Source: Xanthomonas campestris pv. campestris str. ATCC 33913 (GTDB lineage: Bacteria; Pseudomonadota; Gammaproteobacteria; Xanthomonadales; Xanthomonadaceae). Taken from it: a stretch of 32,000 nt of DNA. The stretch is from assembly GCF_000007145.1 (NCBI RefSeq), contig NC_003902.1:2156497-2188496 (forward strand). Reading direction: 5' to 3'. The notes below the pieces were generated by a model, which searched no databases, was not told the origin of the DNA, and saw only the letters and a program-made list of their open reading frames with translations. The translations under genes and the position numbers were made by a program. Each line of letters starts with the position of its first letter. The stretch's first letter is position 1. Of the stretch, positions 27,279 to 32,000 are shown piece after piece.

Positions 27279-29951
27279 TTAGTGATAGGCGTGGCGGGCG
27301 TTGGCCAGCAGCGTGCTCAGGCGGTCTTCCTGCTCGAGCCGGAACACGGCCACAGCGTCCACCAATTGCGCGGCCTGCTCTTCCATCGAGCGGGCAGCGG
27401 CGGTGGCTTCTTCCACCAGTGCGGCGTTCTGCTGGGTGGTTTCGTCCATTTGGGTGACGGTCTGGTTGACCTGGGTGATGCCGGCGGCCTGCTCGCGCGA
27501 GGCGCTGGTGATCTCGCCCATGATGTCGGTCACGCGCTGCACGCTGCTGACCACCTGCTGCATGGTGCTGCCGGCTTCCGAGGCCAGCGCGGCGCCGTTG
27601 CCGATGCGCGCCACCGAATCCTCGATGAGGTGTTTGATCTCCTTGGCGGCACCGGCCGAACGCTGGGCGAGGGTGCGCACTTCAGAAGCCACCACAGCAA
27701 AGCCGCGGCCCTGTTCGCCAGCACGCGCGGCTTCCACCGCGGCGTTCAAGGCCAGGATGTTGGTCTGGAACGCAATGCCGTCGATGACGCTGATGATCTC
27801 GGCGATCCTCTTGGACGAGGCGTCGATGTCGGCCATGGTGCTGACGACGCGGCCGACCACATCGCCACCTTGCGCGGCCACGCAGGCGGCATTCAGCACC
27901 AGGCGGTTGGCCTGGTCGGCGTTGTCGGCGTTCTGCTTGACGGTGGCGGTGAGTTCTTCCATGGAGGCTGCGGTTTCTTCCAGCGCGGCGGCCTGCTGTT
28001 CGGTGCGGCGCGAGAGGTCGCTATTGCCGGTGGCGATCTCGGTGGCGGCCGAGTTGATTGCCAGCGAGGAGTCCTTGATACGGCGCACGATGCCGGCCAG
28101 CTGGTCGGCAGTGGCGTTGGCATCGTCGCGGATGGTGGCGAACACGCCTTGCAGATCGCCGTCCATGCGTGCGGTGAGGTCACCCTGCGACAGCGACGAC
28201 AGCAGTGCGGACACCCGCGACAGGCCATCGGCGTTGTTGTCCAGCAACATGTTGAGCTGCTGCGCGAGCTGCAGCAAAAAGCCCTGCTTGCCGGCGGTGC
28301 CGACCCGCTCACTCAGATCGCCGGCAGCGGCGGCCTGCACGATCCGTGCGACTTCTTCTTCCACCTGCACTTCCTGGGTGCGGTCGGCCCACTCGACGAC
28401 GAAACCCATGCGTTCGCCGGCCGCATTCAACACCGGGCTGACGACCTGACGCACGATGCGGTCGCCGACCGCGATCTGCGCCACGTTGGTGCCGCTGAGC
28501 TGTTCGAGCATGCGCTCGTGGTCTTTCGGGACGGCGTGGAACTGATTGATACTGGTGTCGATGAGTTTGTCGGCATCGAAGCTGGGCAGGTGGGCGCGCA
28601 ACTGCTCCTGCACGTCCTTGAGCAGGCGCTGCAACGGACGGTTGACTTAGATGATGCGTTGATGGATGTCGGCGATCATCACGTTGGTGCTGACATCGTC
28701 CAACGCGGTCCGCACGCGCAGCGCTTCACTGGCGATCAAATGGTCGCGCTCCAGGCGTGCACGCAGGTCGTCGCGCATGGTGCGGGCGCTGAGCAGCAGG
28801 CGGCCCAGTTCGTCCTGGCGATCGACCTCGATGGTGCTGTCCAGGCGGCCGGCGGCCACGTCGCCCAGCACGCGCTCCACGGCGAGCAGCGGGCGGGTGA
28901 CCATCTTGCGTGCGGCCACGAACACGACCGCAATGCACAGCACCAGCACCACCAGCGAGAGCAGCAGCATGCTGCTCATCAGTGCGTCGAGCGGGCCGTC
29001 GATGGCGCTGCGCGGCTGGGTGCCGATGACCGCCCACTGCCACGGCGTGTAGCGCTGCGCGGTGACCTCGTAGGCCTGGCTGGCGCCCTTGGCGTCGCGC
29101 AGTTGCAGCGTGGTGCTGGTCAGTTTGCCGTCCAGCACCGACTGCAGCTGGGCCTGTTGTTCGGCCGGTACCAGTGCCGCCAGCGTGGCCGGTGTGCCAG
29201 CCGGCGCGGCGATGACCTGGCCCTGGTGCTCGCCGGGAGCCATGTCGACGATGACGAAGTAACCGTCCTTGCCCAGTTTGGTGGTGCTCACCTGCGCCTT
29301 CAGTGCGGCCAGGCCCTGGGTGTAGTTGCGGCCGACAAACAGCGCGCCGATCACCTCGCCGGCGGCATTGCGCAGCGGCTGGTAGTGGGTCATGTACTGG
29401 TCGCCAAACAACTGCGCCTGGCCGGTGAAGGCCTTGCCTTCGGCCAGCGCGGCGTAAGCCTTGCCCTTGCGGTCGAGCAGGGTGCCGATCACGCGCTCGT
29501 TCTGCTTGTTGCGCAGCGAGGTGGTGATGCGCACGAAGTCGTCGCCGGTGCGCGCGAAGATGGTCGCGACGCCGCCGGTGGCCTGCGCAAAGCGGTCCAC
29601 TGCGGTGAAATTGAGGTTCTGCGCCTGCGTGCCGGTGCGCAGGGTCGGGGTGTCCTGGTCGCCGATCTTCACGGTGGTGGTGGTGTCGAGCTGGCGCGCG
29701 CCGCTGCCGAGCATGTCGTCGAAGACGCTGCCCAGGCGCTGGGTGCCTTCGGTCAGGGTCACGTCGTACATGCCGACCGACTGGTTCATCAGCCGCGTAC
29801 TGGACAGCAGCTCGGCCTTGACCTGCGATTCGATGTCGCTGGCGGATTGGCGATAGATCATCAGCGCCAGGGCGCCAAGCGAGAGGGCAATGACCAGCGT
29901 CAGTAACGCGGACAAGCGGGTGCCGACGGAAAGCCGGTGGAAGGAATGCAT
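27279..29951 (-). pseudogene. Methyl-accepting chemotaxis protein (double-Cache sensor, HAMP, PAS, MA domain) interrupted by an in-frame TAA
   Basis: ORFs 28647..30161 (real ATG at 29951) and 27279..28634 are in the same frame. Only the codon TAA at 28647..28649 separates them. Read through, the junction is [21 protein letters not shown], which splits a PAS domain in the middle. Confidence 0.8.
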
Positions 29952-29999
29952 AGGTCTCGACCTTGCCCGGGGGAGGGGCGTTACGAATGTGTGAAGTCG

Positions 30000-30026
30000 A
30001 TAGCGGCCGCGATCAGGGGAAATTGA
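30000..30026 (-). promoter_or_regulatory. Possible sigma-28-type promoter of the interrupted MCP gene
   Basis: Minus strand: TCAA-N15-GCCGCTAT (6/8 match in the -10). It lies 49 nt upstream of ATG 29951. Confidence 0.35.
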
Positions 30027-30235
30027 TGGAAAATCTGTCGAAATCTGCACAATGGTCGCGCTCGTTCGATCTTTTCCACACACGGGCAATGGTTTGCAGT
30101 GTGCTTCGGATGTATGGAACGTTCGCTCCTCGCAGGGATCGGCCACGTCAAGTGCGTACATTGCGCAATCGTTGCCAGGTTCAGCTGCACGCCATCCAGG
30201 TGGGCGTGGCCGCAGGCGTTACGCTTGCGCAGCCA

Positions 30236-30269
30236 CAAAAGAAGGCCGCCTCCCTCGCGGGAAGCGGCC
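30236..30269 (-). terminator. Intrinsic terminator, about 190 nt downstream of the third MCP stop
   Basis: Minus strand: GGCCGCTTCCC-GCGA-GGGAGGCGGCC (11-bp stem including one G.U pair, GNRA loop), followed by TTCTTTTG. Confidence 0.7.
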
Positions 30270-30459
30270 TGGCCGGTCCGCTGGAGCAGACCGGTGCAAC
30301 ACGGATGACGCGTTGGGCGTAGAGCGGCTAACAAGACGTAGCGAGCAGCCGCCAGGTGGGTGCGGCCGGCGCGGAGGAACCGGAGTACGGCGGTACATGC
30401 CGAGTCCGACCACTGGCCACGCGCGCCTGGCGGCTGCGCAGTCGTTTTGATGGCTGCTC

Positions 30460-32000
30460 TTAGAACTCCTGCCAGTCGGACTGATCGGCAGTGGTGGCAG
30501 GTGCGGTGCGCACCGGTCGCGGTGCTGCAGCTGCCACGGTGGTGCGCGCGGCCGGGCGTGCGGCGGAGCGGGCATTGCCCGGTGCGCTGGCAATGGCCGA
30601 GAGCTGGCGTGCCACCGGTGCCTGCGCGGCGAGCTTGAACACGGCCACCGTTTCGGTGAGCTGCTGGGCCTGTTCTTCCATCGCGCGGGCGGCGGCGGTG
30701 GCTTCTTCCACCAGGGCGGCGTTCTGCTGGGTGGTTTCGTCCATCTGGGTCACGGTCTGGTTGACCTGCTCGATGCCCGAATACTGCTCCTGCGAGGCAG
30801 AGGAAATCTCGCCCATGATGTTGGTCACGCGCTGCACGCTGGCCACGATATCGGCCATGGTGGTGCCGGCCTGATCGACCAGCGCCGCGCCCTGGGTGAC
30901 CTTGCTGACCGAATCGTCGATGAGGTGCTTGATCTCCTTGGCCGCACCGGCCGAACGCTGGGCGAGGGTGCGCACTTCCGATGCCACCACTGCAAAGCCA
31001 CGGCCTTGTTCGCCGGCGCGCGCCGCTTCCACCGCGGCATTCAAGGCCAGGATATTGGTCTGGAACGCAATGCCGTCGATGACGCTGATGATCTCGGCAA
31101 TCTTCTTCGAAGAGCCCTGGATGTCGGCCATGGTGGTGACCACCTTGGCGACGACTTCGCCACCTTGCGAGGCCACGGCCGCGGCGCCGATGGCGAGCTG
31201 ATTGGCCTGGCTGGCGTGCTCGGCGTTCTGCTTCACCGTGGAAGTGAGTTCTTCCATCGAGGCGGCGGTTTCTTCCAGATTGGCGGCCTGCTGCTCGGTG
31301 CGCTGCGACAGATCCTGGTTGCCCGAGGCGATTTCGCTGGAAGCCAGGCCGATTGCATCAGCGGCATGCTGGATACGGCCGACGATGCTGGCCAGCTGTT
31401 CGGCGGTGGCATTGGCGTCGTCGCGCATCTGTGCGAACACGCCCTGGTACTGGCCGGTCATGCGTGCGGTGAGGTCGCCGGCGGCGATCGACTGCAACAG
31501 GCTGGACAGCGATTGCAGGTTGCCGTCGGCAGTGGACATCAAGGTGTTGAGGCTCTGCACCATCAGGCGGAAGTCGAACTGGAACTTGTCGGCATCGCCG
31601 CGTGCGGTGAAGTCGCCGCTGGCCGCGGCCTGTGCCAGGTGCTTGATCTGCTGGTTCATCGTGGACAGGTTGGTCTTGACCTGGTCCATCGCCGCGGTGA
31701 TGGCGGCCTTTTCGCCGGGCAGGCGCGGCATGTCTTCGCTCAGGTCGCCGATGGCGTAGCGCTCTACCAAGTGGATGGTCTGCATCTTCACCTTGATGTG
31801 GCTGGCCACCAATTCGTTGGTGTCGCTGGCCATGCGGCCGAAGTCACCGGGGAATGCGGCGGCATCCATGCGGAAGCTGATCTGGCCTTCTTCGTGGCGC
31901 TTGGCCATGTTGAGCTGTGCGGTGATCAGGTTGCGCACCTGGCTCTGCATGCGGTCCATGGCGTGCAGCAGGCGGCCGGTTTCGTCGTTGGCGGTGCTGC
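30460..32000 (-). CDS. Methyl-accepting chemotaxis protein, 5' end beyond the window
   Basis: The listed ORF starts at an internal Met. The frame stays open to position 32000 (upstream residues [13 protein letters not shown] look like a HAMP). Conserved signalling domain ([21 protein letters not shown]). C-terminus is SDWQEF. Confidence 0.9.
   Translation of the reverse strand, partial: STANDETGRLLHAMDRMQSQVRNLITAQLNMAKRHEEGQISFRMDAAAFPGDFGRMASDTNELVASHIKVKMQTIHLVERYAIGDLSEDMPRLPGEKAAITAAMDQVKTNLSTMNQQIKHLAQAAASGDFTARGDADKFQFDFRLMVQSLNTLMSTADGNLQSLSSLLQSIAAGDLTARMTGQYQGVFAQMRDDANATAEQLASIVGRIQHAADAIGLASSEIASGNQDLSQRTEQQAANLEETAASMEELTSTVKQNAEHASQANQLAIGAAAVASQGGEVVAKVVTTMADIQGSSKKIAEIISVIDGIAFQTNILALNAAVEAARAGEQGRGFAVVASEVRTLAQRSAGAAKEIKHLIDDSVSKVTQGAALVDQAGTTMADIVASVQRVTNIMGEISSASQEQYSGIEQVNQTVTQMDETTQQNAALVEEATAAARAMEEQAQQLTETVAVFKLAAQAPVARQLSAIASAPGNARSAARPAARTTVAAAAPRPVRTAPATTADQSDWQEF

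Larger units (their letters stand above)
26478..27296. repeat. Composite array of long-hairpin REP/BIME-like repeats (three decayed tandem S-Y-X units)
   Basis: X1, X2 and the following S segments (26761.. and 27007..) recur with an exact 246-bp offset. Y1 (26528..26623, decayed) and Y2 (27107..27204) are the same hairpin family in inverted orientation. A third, partial X copy spans 27225..27296. Details are in the findings. Confidence 0.85.

Noticed and set aside
26478-27296. Possible CRISPR array, because of the regularly spaced repeats
   Set aside because: The repeat units are ~100 nt long imperfect hairpins in both orientations. The spacers (S segments) are themselves repeated. There are no cas genes and no 25-40-nt repeat/spacer periodicity.
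26340-29906. 1188-aa plus-strand ORF running through the repeat array and antisense to the MCP gene
   Set aside because: Same high-GC antisense artefact. Its N-terminal part is just a translation of the repeats, so duplicated peptide blocks appear.
1-32000. Genomic island or mobile element
   Set aside because: There is no integrase, transposase, tRNA or flanking direct repeats. GC content and codon bias look uniform apart from short AT-rich promoter patches.

Overview
High-GC (~65%) gamma-proteobacterial chromosome. By protein sequence and gene order I recognise the Xanthomonas rpf/DSF quorum-sensing locus (campestris-type, because rpfH is present). It is followed by both aconitase genes and the edge of the flagellar/chemotaxis region. 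Order: lysS> rpfG> rpfH> rpfC> <rpfF <rpfB, lipoprotein>, <acnA(rpfA), vapB> vapC> acnB>, alpha/beta hydrolase>. Then an all-minus-strand block: <PAS-GAF-GGDEF-EAL <cheB <cheD <cheR <MCP <127-aa exported protein <cheW <YcgR-like PilZ <[~0.8 kb repeat array] <MCP broken by an in-frame TAA <MCP (5' end off-window). I see no rRNA, tRNA, CRISPR, transposase or integrase, and no compositional island, so I do not see an obviously new multi-gene system. The points worth a second look are: (1) a dCache-HAMP-PAS chemoreceptor split by one in-frame ochre codon; (2) a nested, alternating-orientation long-hairpin repeat array (BIME/MITE-like) that runs into the 3' end of that receptor gene; (3) five sigma-28-type promoters, two strong, two fair and one weak, which would tie a c-di-GMP enzyme, a PilZ brake protein and an uncharacterised exported protein to motility control; (4) a vapBC toxin-antitoxin pair between the aconitase genes with no terminator before acnB. 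All calls rest on reading the sequence and recalling protein families. No database search was run.
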